From Octopus bimaculoides (lineage: Eukaryota), in the NCBI RefSeq assembly GCF_001194135.2, contig NC_068987.1, positions 82,328,829 through 82,366,488 of the forward strand: 37,660 bases of DNA, written 5' to 3'. Positions 11,631-22,871 of the stretch are shown piece by piece. How positions within the stretch are numbered: position 1 is the stretch's first letter; each line of letters opens with the position of its first letter. The notes under the pieces were generated by a model. The model worked only from the letters and a program-made list of their open reading frames with translations. It was not told the DNA's origin and did no database searches. The position numbers and the translations under genes are program-made.

Positions 11631-12669
11631 TTTTATGTAATGATATTATTTTATGGTTTGAATAATATTTAGAGTAAAACTTAATAACATATCCTTTTGT
11701 CTTCTATCTCCTACTTGTTTCAGTCATTCGTGTGTGGCCATGCTGGGGCACCATGTTGAAGAATTTTGGTTGAATTAATAGATCCCACTATTTATTTATT
11801 TTTAAACCTGGTACTCATTTTCTCGGTCTCCTTTGCCATGCTGCTAAGTTACAGGGATGTAAACAAGCTGACACCACCAGTAGTGGGGGACAAACACAAA
11901 CCTCACTTGGAAACAGGTGAGGGTTGGGGACAGGAAGGGCATCCAGCTGTAGAAAAACTGTCTCAACAAATTCCGTCCAACCCATGCAAGCATGGAAAAG
12001 TGAATGTTAAAACAAAGATGAGGGTATTTCGTTTGATCTGCTAATAACTTTTCCAATTCGCCACAATATCATGATAATTCAACTATTATTTGTTTTTAAT
12101 CTGGTTATACATAGTGAAAAATCAAAGATTAAATCTGATTGAAGTCGCTTTATGTACAGCATAATAGTGTAAAGTTTATGTGTTTGTACTTCAGCACGGT
12201 CACACATTTTACAACAATGCCAACACAGAGCTCTGATTTCTTGATAGGAACAATAATTCTGGCTTTTTTTTTTACTGGTTTTCCTTTATAGGCACAAGGT
12301 TAGATGCTTGAGCAAGTGGGTGGGATGTGGTCAACTGAAAGAAACCAGTTCTTAATAGGTAAGAGGCTGCTTCCCAACCATCTGGTCTTCGGTTCAGTCA
12401 CACAAGTACAACTACTTGGACAGTTGCCTTCTAAAATGGCCCTGGACCAACCAAAGCCTTGTTGGGGAACTTGGTAGAAGAAAACTAAAAGAGGCCCATT
12501 GTGTGTGCGCATATATAGGGAGATAGATAGATAGAGAGAGAGATAGCTAGATACACACATACATACATACATACATACATACATACATACATACATACAT
12601 GCATACATACATGCATGCATGCATACATACATATACATACATACACATATAAATACACAGAGTGATATC

Positions 12670-13085
12670 ATCATCATTACCATCATCATTTAATGCCCGT
12701 TTTCCATGCTAGCATGGGTTGGACGATTTGACAGGACTGGCGAACCAGATGGCTTCACCAGGCTCCAATCTGATTTGGCAGAGTTTCTACAGTTGGATGC
12801 CCTTCCTAACGCCAACCACTCTGAGAGTGTAGTGGGTGCTTTTACGTGGCACCAGCACGAAGGCCAGTCAGGCGGTACTGGCAACGGCCACACTCAAAAT
12901 GGTGTATCTTACGTGCCACCTGCACAGGAGCCAGTCCAGCGGCACTGGCAACAATCTCGCTCAAATGTTTTATTTCACATGTCACCAGCACAAGTGCCAG
13001 TAAAGCGACGCTGGTAATGATCACACTCAAATGGTGCTATTTATGTGCCACTGGCATGGAAGCCAGACAGCTGCTCTGGCAACGA
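12670..13085 (-). mobile_element. Family D retroposon, followed by a second short copy (about 13102-13255) in an (AT)n tract
   Basis: Reverse complement of the conserved 3' block, with internal ~65-70-bp subrepeats. Confidence 0.9.
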
Positions 13086-13443
13086 TATATATATATATAT
13101 CATCATCATCATCATCGTTTAACGTCTGCTTTCCATGCTAGCATGGGTTGGACGATTTGACTGAGGACTGGTGCAACCGGATGGCTACACCAGGCTCCAA
13201 TCTAATTTGGCAGAGTTTCTACAGCTGGATGCCCTTCCTAACGCCAACCACTCAGAGAATATATATATATATATATATATACATATAATGTTGAACTGTA
13301 TAGTTATTAACACGTGGCCAAAATAAACGATACCAGATTTATTAATTTTTATTCTGTATATAAGAACGAACAGCATATTTACGGTGCAGAGCTTCTTCCA
13401 TTCCACAGGTATGTATTTTGTTTGTGGTTATCTGCATTTATCT

Positions 13444-13515
13444 GGTTGTATTACACTGATGACAGAAAAAGGGATTGCTCCTTAATCTTGAAATCAATTG
13501 ATATGTAATTGAACC
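13444..13515 (+). ncRNA. Type I hammerhead ribozyme fold, intact core
   Basis: Stem I ATTACA(13450-55)/TGTAAT(13504-09) plus GGTT/AACC beyond a 2x2 loop; CTGATGA 13456-62; stem II AGA/TCT and AAGGG/TCCTT; GAAA 13490-93; palindromic stem III ATCAATTGAT; AUA cleavage after 13503. Confidence 0.8.
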
Positions 13516-13803
13516 GTTTCATGAATCTGTTTCGTTTATTTGCACGAGTAAGATATATGTTATTTTTATCGTGATATGTTAGGTAGATTTTAGACATTAG
13601 CATCTTCTTCTAGCAAGCAGTTGGACTCGTATTTGTATGTGTTCCCTCCTAATATATATTTTTATACATCAATTTATAAATTAATTAATTTTACCTTAAC
13701 CGGTTGATTGCATGCTAGCTACCTGATGAAATCTAATGTAGATTTTATCTTCAATTTTTTTTATAATATATTAATATATATATGTATATACATACACACA
13801 TAA

Positions 13804-13859
<56 letters not shown>

Positions 13860-14810
13860 TACTGGGTGCAATGGGTAAATTATTGCCACCATTTTATATT
13901 TTTTATTTCACACATGGACATTGTTTTTGATTTTGTTGACTACACAGTATAGTAGGGACAGTTGGTTACTGTCTGTGAGAAAAACAGTACCACAACAAAA
14001 TTCACTCTGCCAGAAATTTGGAAATGACATGCTGAACTGCTTGGCATTCATGCTGGCAGTTGTAGAAACATTGCCAGGTCAGATTGGAGCCTGGTGCAGC
14101 CGCTGGCTCTCCAGACCTAGGTCAAACTGTTCAACCCATGCCAGTATGGAAAACAGATGTTAAACGATGATGATGATGATGATGATATATATCTAAATAA
14201 TATGTGTCAATTATTTGGTAGCCATGATAAAACTTCGATTTCAGATGTCGGGGCAGAAACTTGGAGTTTTATCATGGCTACCGAATAATTGTCACNNNNN
14301 NNNNNNNNNNNNNNNNNNNNNNNNNNNNNNNNNNNNNNNNNNNNNNNNNNNNNNNNNNNNNNNNNNNNNNNNNNNNNNNNNNNNNNNNNNNNNNNNNNNN
14401 NNNNNNNNNNNNNNNNNNNNNNNNNNNNNNNNNNNNNNNNNNNNNNNNNNNNNNNNNNNNNNNNNNNNNNNNNNNNNNNNNNNNNNNNNNNNNNNNNNNN
14501 NNNNNNNNNNNNNNNNNNNNNNNNNNNNNNNNNNNNNNNNNNNNNNNNNNNNNNNNNNNNNNNNNNNNNNNNNNNNNNNNNNNNNNNNNNNNNNNNNNNN
14601 NNNNNNNNNNNNNNNNNNNNNNNNNNNNNNNNNNNNNNNNNNNNNNNNNNNNNNNNNNNNNNNNNNNNNNNNNNNNNNNNNNNNNNNNNNNNNNNNNNNN
14701 NNNNNNNNNNNNNNNNNNNNNNNNNNNNNNNNNNNNNNNNNNNNNNNNNNNNNNNNNNNNNNNNNNNNNNNNNNNNNNNNNNNNNNNNNNNNNNNNNNNN
14801 NNNNNNNNNN

Positions 14811-15043
14811 GGCACATAAAAGACACCATTTCGAGCGTGGCCGTTTTCGTGCGGGTGACACGTAAAAGCACCCACTACACTCTCTGAGTGGTTGGCGTTA
14901 GGAAGGGCATCCAGCTGTAGAAACTCTGCCAAATTAGATTGGAGCCTGGTGTTGCCATCCGGTTTCACCAGTCCTCAGTCAAATCGTCCAACCCATGCTA
15001 GCATGGAAAGCGGACGTTAAACGATGATGATGATGATGATGAT
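14811..15043 (+). mobile_element. Family D 3' end, young-looking
   Basis: Only 2 differences from 18471-18700 over about 220 bp; starts at a gap edge. Confidence 0.85.
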
Positions 15044-15050
15044 ATATATC

Positions 15051-15162
15051 TAAATAATATGTGTCAATTATTTGGTAGCCATGATAAAACTTCGATTTCA
15101 GATGTCGGGGCAGAAACTTGGAGTTTTATCATGGCTACCGAATAATTGTCACATATTATTTA
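15051..15162. repeat. 43-bp-arm fold-back hairpin
   Basis: 15051-15093 vs 15120-15162, 40/43 complementary (two of the three differences are G:U on +). Duplicated, truncated, at 14194-14295. Confidence 0.92.
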
Positions 15163-15263
15163 CAGATAAATTCCTCTATTTATATAATATCGAGGTCTCT
15201 TTCTTTCTTTTGTTGTCTTACCATTACTATCAATATATATTTATATCTACATATATATATACG

Positions 15264-15295
<32 letters not shown>

Positions 15296-16090
15296 CATAT
15301 ATAACAGGCTTACAAACCAAATCGACTAACAAGATTTTGGTCAACCTGCAACTACGGTAAGAGACACTGCCCAAGGTGCCACGCACTGGTACTGAACCGA
15401 AAAACCAGTGCTTGGGAAGCAGACTGCTGAACCACATCACCCCACAGCCACACCTTCACCTCTCAAAAAGATTTACATCACTGTCTTTGAATAACAGAAT
15501 AAAATTCCTCAAACGATACCACATCCAAACAATGCCTTAATAACACATAACTTCATAGAACTCTCAGTAGATACAATAGTACATAATGCTCTATTGTAAT
15601 CTACGAAATAGTATCTAGTGTCCATTGATGCAACAGTATAATGCTCCCTGTGAGGCACAATGCCAATTGTTAAAGCTGGGATATTAAGTTGACAAGACTG
15701 ACAATAGTATAATAATAATTTCGATATCATTTCAAAGTTATTCAGTTATAAAAGTTCGGTGTTATGCTAGATCAACTCAGTTCATTAGCTTTTGTGTGAA
15801 TTAAACTATGGTTTTCTTGTTAGAGATTAATAATGATTTTGTAATTAACCGGAAGGGGGATAGCTAATTTAAGTCACCCAAGCATATTGTTTGTTCAAGA
15901 TTAATAACGATTTCTTAATTAAACAGATGGGGCATGGTTAATTTGAAGAAATCAAGCATATTGTAGGTAATAATGTGTATATTATTTCCGAGTTTTATGA
16001 ATGTCCTTGACTGGAACATACATACATACATACATACATTCATACATACATACATACATACATACATACATACATACATACATACATGCA

Positions 16091-16134
<44 letters not shown>

Positions 16135-16516
16135 TATATGTATATATATNNNNNNNNNNNNNNNNNNNNNNNNNNNNNNNNNNNNNNNNNNNNNNNNNNN
16201 NNNNNNNNNNNNNNNNNNNNNNNNNNNNNNNNNNNNNNNNNNNNNNNNNNNNNNNNNNNNNNNNNNNNNNNNNNNNNNNNNNNNNNNNNNNNNNNNNNNN
16301 NNNNNNNNNNNNNNNNNNNNNNNNNNNNNNNNNNNNNNNNNNNNNNNNNNNNNNNNNNNNNNNNNNNNNNNNNNNNNNNNNNNNNNNNNNNNNNNNNNNN
16401 NNNNNNNNNNNNNNNNNNNNNNNNNNNNNNNNNNNNNNNNNNNNNNNNNNNNNNNNNNNNNNNNNNNNNNNNNNNNNNNNNNNNNNNNNNNNNNNNNNNN
16501 NNNNNNNNNNNNNNNN

Positions 16517-16737
16517 GACAGAAAAAATAAAGTAATCTAATATTATATCCATAGGCGGATATTTTTAGTATGAAGTGGTAAAGAGTGTGATGTGCTGAAA
16601 AAAGAGAGAACAGTACTTGAAGTGTAGTTTCATTCAAGTATTGTTCTCTCTTTTTTCAGCACATCACACTCTTTACCACTTCATACTAAAAATATCCGCC
16701 TATGGATATAATATTAGATTACTTTATTTTTTCTGTC
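16517..16737. repeat. 105-bp-arm inverted repeat (Penelope-like inverted pLTR candidate)
   Basis: 16517-16621 vs 16633-16737, one G:U difference, 11-nt loop; left arm cut by a gap. Confidence 0.93.
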
Positions 16738-16783
16738 TCCGATGAAGGGAAGTACTGGACCTTCCCATAAACAGCTGTAAGAC
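16735..16783 (+). ncRNA. Degenerate minimal type I hammerhead motif
   Basis: GTCT-CCGATGA-A-GGGAAG[TACTGGAC]CTTCCC-A-TAA-ACAGCTGT-A-AGAC. All three stems pair; core has U4>C and G12>U. Confidence 0.65.
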
Positions 16784-17019
16784 TCCATCCATAAAATACT
16801 TCTCCAACCTTACCTTTGCTCTCTTTATCTTTTTGTTTTTATATATTTACATATATATATATATATATACACACACACATATATACATATATATATATAT
16901 ATAGATATATATAAATATATATACACACACATATATACATATGCATATATATATATATATACACACATACATATGCATATATATATACATATATGCACAT
17001 ATGTTCATAGAATATATGT

Positions 17020-17382
17020 TTAAGGTTTAAGGATGGCATAAGGACTGCTATGAAGTCAATTGGAATGGCTCCAAAAGATATAGAAGTCCTCGCTTCAGAT
17101 CGAGTTGGATGGCGAACAAGGGTGTGGAGTGGAGTGAAAGCATTTGAAGAGGCCAGGATGATGCAAGCAGGGCTCAAGAGACATTTAAGGAAAAAGGTGA
17201 AGACTGAGAAGGTGAATGACAAGGACCTTTTTGTGTGCACAGTCTGTGACAGACCATGTCTGTCCTTGGCTGGCCTCAAATCTCACCTGCGAACCCATGG
17301 AAAACAAACCTCACCCAGCTATTCTGATTATATGTCTGTGCACACGTTTGAATGTGGTGTGTGCCAGAGGGTTTGCAAATCC
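17020..17382 (+). mobile_element. RTE-clade LINE ORF C-terminus with tandem C2H2 zinc fingers (5'-truncated)
   Basis: Open frame LRFKDGIRTAMKSIGM..LASDRVGWRTRVWSGVKAFEEAR..FVCTVCDRPCLSLAGLKSHLRTH..FECGVCQRVCKS, running into a gap. LRFKD, DR..WR and the terminal CxxC-H..H are typical of RTE ORF ends. Confidence 0.85.
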
Positions 17383-18362
17383 NNNNNNNNNNNNNNNNNN
17401 NNNNNNNNNNNNNNNNNNNNNNNNNNNNNNNNNNNNNNNNNNNNNNNNNNNNNNNNNNNNNNNNNNNNNNNNNNNNNNNNNNNNNNNNNNNNNNNNNNNN
17501 NNNNNNNNNNNNNNNNNNNNNNNNNNNNNNNNNNNNNNNNNNNNNNNNNNNNNNNNNNNNNNNNNNNNNNNNNNNNNNNNNNNNNNNNNNNNNNNNNNNN
17601 NNNNNNNNNNNNNNNNNNNNNNNNNNNNNNNNNNNNNNNNNNNNNNNNNNNNNNNNNNNNNNNNNNNNNNNNNNNNNNNNNNNNNNNNNNNNNNNNNNNN
17701 NNNNNNNNNNNNNNNNNNNNNNNNNNNNNNNNNNNNNNNNNNNNNNNNNNNNNNNNNNNNNNNNNNNNNNNNNNNNNNNNNNNNNNNNNNNNNNNNNNNN
17801 NNNNNNNNNNNNNNNNNNNNNNNNNNNNNNNNNNNNNNNNNNNNNNNNNNNNNNNNNNNNNNNNNNNNNNNNNNNNNNNNNNNNNNNNNNNNNNNNNNNN
17901 NNNNNNNNNNNNNNNNNNNNNNNNNNNNNNNNNNNNNNNNNNNNNNNNNNNNNNNNNNNNNNNNNNNNNNNNNNNNNNNNNNNNNNNNNNNNNNNNNNNN
18001 NNNNNNNNNNNNNNNNNNNNNNNNNNNNNNNNNNNNNNNNNNNNNNNNNNNNNNNNNNNNNNNNNNNNNNNNNNNNNNNNNNNNNNNNNNNNNNNNNNNN
18101 NNNNNNNNNNNNNNNNNNNNNNNNNNNNNNNNNNNNNNNNNNNNNNNNNNNNNNNNNNNNNNNNNNNNNNNNNNNNNNNNNNNNNNNNNNNNNNNNNNNN
18201 NNNNNNNNNNNNNNNNNNNNNNNNNNNNNNNNNNNNNNNNNNNNNNNNNNNNNNNNNNNNNNNNNNNNNNNNNNNNNNNNNNNNNNNNNNNNNNNNNNNN
18301 NNNNNNNNNNNNNNNNNNNNNNNNNNNNNNNNNNNNNNNNNNNNNNNNNNNNNNNNNNNNNN

Positions 18363-18705
18363 AAGATGTACCATCTTGAGCGTGACCATTGTCAGTACCA
18401 CCTGACTGGCCTTTGTTGGGTTTTCGAGCGAGATCGTTGCCAGTGCCCCTGGACTGGCTCTTGTGCGGGTGGCACGTAAAAGACACCATTTCGAGCGTGG
18501 CCGTTTTCGTGCTGGTGACACGTAAAAGCACCCACTACACTCTCTGAGTGGTTGGCGTTAGGAAGGGCATCCAGCTGTAGAAACTCTGCCAAATTAGATT
18601 GGAGCCTGGTGTTGCCATCCGGTTTCACCAGTCCTCAGTCAAATCGTCCAACCCATGCTAGCATGGAAAGCGGACGTTAAACGATGATGATGATGATGAT
18701 GATGA
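18363..18705 (+). mobile_element. Family D retroposon 3' portion
   Basis: Conserved 3' block and (GAT)n tail. Confidence 0.9.
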
Positions 18706-18890
18706 CATACATGTATATACACACGTATATTTTACAAACACACACATACACACAGATACATATATATACATACACATATATACATATTTATATCATTACA
18801 TATGCATATGTGCATGTGTGTATACATACATACATTCACACACATATGCACATACATACATACATACATACATATATATTTACTTAAGAA

Positions 18891-19170
18891 CAGGGTGTTT
18901 GGGCTAAATTTATCAATTTACACGAAAGGAAACGAAAACACAACACATCATCCAAAAATAAAAATATTAAAAAGATAAAAGAATTTGAAGTAGATTATGG
19001 CTGAGAGATAACAGTTTACCCAAAGTAGCTACCGTCAGCCCTCACCATGGCTTCTGAAACCTGGTGCATGCATTCCTCACTGTGTCCCTGAGAAAATCTT
19101 CAAACATCCCTTTGATCTTGGCCACCAACTTGGTCTTGGTGTTGCATGCATAGTGGTTTGTATATATATA
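18891..19170 (-). mobile_element. Tc1/mariner-like transposon 3' end fragment
   Basis: Minus strand NTKTKLVAKIKGMFEDFLRDTVRNACTRF / AMVRADGSYFG* (stop 19016-19018); TIR-like CAGGGTG at 18891. Confidence 0.7.
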
Positions 19171-19452
19171 TATTAAAAATAGGGAAGTCCAGTTCATGGG
19201 ATTACCTTAGGTTTCTTATTCATAAAGGGTTTAGCTATTAAAAATATTTTTAAGAGGTCTTGGGCCAACAAGTTTTGGGGATTGTACAATACACCATAAA
19301 GCTAGACCCTTTATGGACAAGAAACCTAAGGTCATTCTATAAATCAGCCTTCCCCATTTTTAATATATATTGCTCTACATCTTAGAGTGTGCTTCTTCTT
19401 TTGGATTTATGTTTTTTACAAGTGATATATATATCATTATTATTGTTGTTGC

Positions 19453-19508
<56 letters not shown>

Positions 19509-19684
19509 GCAATAAAGAAGAGTTCGACTGTTATCAAATGAATGATATATCGACATCTCGTGTGTCTTCCACAGGTTCAAAAATAAGCTTGATAACAGTC
19601 ACACACCTCTTTGTTGCTTCTTTACTTTCTGGAGGAGTAACCTCAATCCTAGATCTTCCCAGGGACACAGTGAGGAATACATTG

Positions 19685-20379
19685 ACTTAAGCTGGGTGCT
19701 TGGTCCTAAAGATGCCCTTTACTTCAAAAAGTGACTTAGCAATATATCAATCATTGTGATGGTTTAAAACAGCATCAATGATAAAGATTTTTTCATCTGA
19801 AAAGATTTCGATGGTTTATCCATTGTGCTTCAGGTATCACAACACATTTTTGGCTCTTTCATGCTTTCTGGCTTTCATTGCATGGGTTAGTAGGTATCTC
19901 AGGGTCCTCACATTTGACCCAAACTGTAAATCAATGTGTACAGCAGTTCTGATGGACTTTGGATCAACTTTCATGTCCATGGACAATTTTCTCATGGTTG
20001 TAGCTGGGTCTTTCGAAGTTTTTGCTTTGAGATTTAAGAAATGCATTATCCTGTTTTTTTCTTTATGCTTCCACTTCCTTGCTTTCTCTTGATGCCTCCC
20101 ATATCCAACATTCAGTTCTTAATATTGTAGACAGTGCTCACAGAGGCCCTAACAGTCTCAGCAATATGTCTAATTGCAAACCCAGCACGACGCAAACCTG
20201 CAATGCATTGTCGCTTGGCTTCTTGAATGGACATGTTAGATCATACGACAGGAACTTCTGCTTAAATTAACTCTATATATCTCCACCCTGAAATAGAAAA
20301 CAATATTTTAGTATTTACACTCAGGAATATATGAAAAATAAGGCTTCCAAAATATTCCAAGTTTTGTTTCCCCATCCTG
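19685..20379 (-). pseudogene. Tc1/mariner (maT/rosa-like) transposase 5' half, inactivated
   Basis: TA|CAGGATGGGG terminus at 20379; ATG at 20234; MSIQEAKRQCIAGLRRAG..KRKQGSG..MRKLSMDMKVDPKSIRTAVH..IFSDEKIFIIDAVLNHHND..RTKHPA, with several stops and a frameshift. Third catalytic D not present. Confidence 0.85.
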
Positions 20380-20420
20380 TATATATATATTGTTTAACGT
20401 CCGCTTTCCATGCTAATACA

Positions 20421-20460
<40 letters not shown>

Positions 20461-22001
20461 TACATACATGCACACACACATACATACATACATGCACACA
20501 CACACACATACACACACAAAGAGAAAGCATTACCATTGAAAAAAGCATAAATATATGAAGGAAATAAAGTAATGANNNNNNNNNNNNNNNNNNNNNNNNN
20601 NNNNNNNNNNNNNNNNNNNNNNNNNNNNNNNNNNNNNNNNNNNNNNNNNNNNNNNNNGTATATGAAGAACTCCAATGTATAGAAACAAAAAAGTAAACAC
20701 GTAAAAATATTCATGGCAAATGAGAGAGTGATAAAAAGTGACGGAATCCAAAACAATGAGAGAGAGAGAGGGGGCGGGGGAGAATGGGGACAATGATCTG
20801 ATGCAGAGTTAACCTCTGAGCTATTGTTGGAGATTATGGATCTAGTTGTTTTCATTTGCAAAATATGCATTTTTTAAAAGAAAGTAAAAAATCTGAAAAT
20901 CGGCTATAATAATGTCGCCTTCCAGTCTCATTGCTTTGAAGGTATAATGTTGTGGAGAAAAAAAAAAAAAAAAAATGGAGAAAAAAGTTACAGGGGTTTA
21001 AAAATCAAAAAAACTATTTTTTTATGGAAAGAATTAACCTACTGAAATCATAAATTCAGCTGTCTGTATCAATGAGTCCCAAAAGTATATGAAATGAAAA
21101 ATATGTAAAAATACTAACACACAAAAAAATACTAATACACAGAAGCACAGAAAAATATGTAATACACTAACACAGAAAAATTAAAACAAAATTGTCATGG
21201 TAACAAGCTGCTAATGTTGATTGGCTAAAATTACTCAAATTTCCCAACTTTGATTCCAAATAACATCAGATTCTTTAAGTTACGAGATAAAGTAATTGGT
21301 TGATTGTAATCAAAATTCAGAGTTACATCGATACACCAAAATTGAAAGCACTCTGAGAAAAATTAAAGGGGAGCTCATTATACAAATGAGAAAGACTAGA
21401 TCTGAAATTATTTACAGCTGAGTGGATGGGAGGAACGGGAAATGAAATATCTTGCTCAAGAACACAATGCACTGCCTGGTCTGGGAATTGAAACGAAGAC
21501 TTTATGATTATGAATGCTGTACCTTAACTACTTGGCCACTCACCTTCACAATTCTGTCAACATTTTGCTCTAAATAATTGTTTCAAATATAGACACAAGG
21601 CCAGCAATATTTTTCTTCGGGGGTGGGGTGATAAAATACCAGTAATACACTTGTGTTTTATCAAGTTCGTAAAGATAAAAGACAAAGTTGACCTCGGGAT
21701 GATTTGAACCCACAACCCAGAAAAGGGTGAAGAGCTGGAATAAATGACATGAAGCATTTTGTTTCATATTCCAATTATCTTGCCAATTCACTGCTCATGA
21801 TAATAATTTCTAATGTTGACAATAGATTTGTGCAGAGGAATGGACTAGTGGGGGAGGAGGAGTTAATCGAATAAATCACCCTACCCCCTCCACCACTTGG
21901 AGGGATTAAACACAAAGTTAACCTCATTGATATTCAAACTCTGAACATAAAGTACATTATTTACATTAGGCAGATATTTGTCCTCATCTTGTTTGTTGTT
22001 A

Positions 22002-22045
22002 ACACAACGTTTTGGCTGACATACCCTCCAGCCTTCATCAGGTGT
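22002..22045 (-). ncRNA. Minimal type I hammerhead motif with G12>A
   Basis: Minus strand ACAC-CTGATGA-A-GGCTG[GAGGGTATGT]CAGCC-AAA-ACGT-T-GTGT; palindromic stem III ACGT. Confidence 0.72.
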
Positions 22046-22176
22046 CTTGGGGAAATTTCTCATTCCTAAGGTATTTTTCGATGTTGTTATTATTATAATA
22101 ATAATAATTATTATTATTATTATAACATCGAAAAATACCTTAGGAATGAGAACCCAGGTTCAAAATTTCCCCAAGA
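22045..22176. repeat. Inverted repeat around a (TTA/TAA)n spacer, abutting the hammerhead
   Basis: TCTTGGGGAAATTT..CTCATTCCTAAGGTATTTTTCGATGTT vs AACATCGAAAAATACCTTAGGAATGAG..AAATTTCCCCAAGA; the left arm lacks about 12 nt. Confidence 0.9.
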
Positions 22177-22796
22177 TTAGAAGAATTAGATCCTTTTGAT
22201 TCAATACTTCAACACATTGTTGACGTTTTGATCTCCTCAATGCACATGGTATGATTTGTTATAAAAATATTATTAGATTCAATAAGATGTTTAATTTTTT
22301 CAATTTCTATGTTTAATAATTTTTTTCACTGTTATTTTTTTTTATTGAGGGTTAAACAATTTTTTAGCTGAGGGAGATGACCAAAAGTACCAATATTTCT
22401 CATAAAATGGCAGGGGAGGGGGGGAGACAACCCAATTTTTAATGGGGGTGAGATGACCGAAAAGTATCCAGGGTCGATAAAATAAGTTCCAGTTGAGTAC
22501 AAGGATCAATGTAATCGACTACCTCCTCTCATGAACTTGCAGGCTTAGTGCCAAAATTTGAACCATTATTATAATTATTGCTATCATTAAAGCAGTGAAC
22601 TGGTAACATCGTTATAGTACTGAGGGCATTTCTTTCAACTTTCCGTTCTGCATTCAAATGCCATTGGGATCGACTTTACCCTTCATCCTCTCAGTGTCAA
22701 TAAAATAAGTACCAGTTGAACACCGGGGGAATCAATGTAGTCCACTAGTCCCCTCCCACAAGATTTCAGGCCTTGTGCCTTCATTTAGTAGAAAGA

Positions 22797-22797
<1 letters not shown>

Positions 22798-22871
<74 letters not shown>

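Noticed and set aside
12196-12292. Hydrophobic ORF after an acceptor-like site
   Set aside because: The hydrophobic part is a poly-T run beside a SINE tail fragment and the frame stops.
13365-13408. 44-nt exon-like segment with a strong CAG|GTATGT donor; one frame reads RTAYLRCRASSIPQ, Ig-strand-like
   Set aside because: Weak acceptor, frame ambiguous, and it lies inside the probable ribozyme-bearing insertion; not supportable without RNA data.
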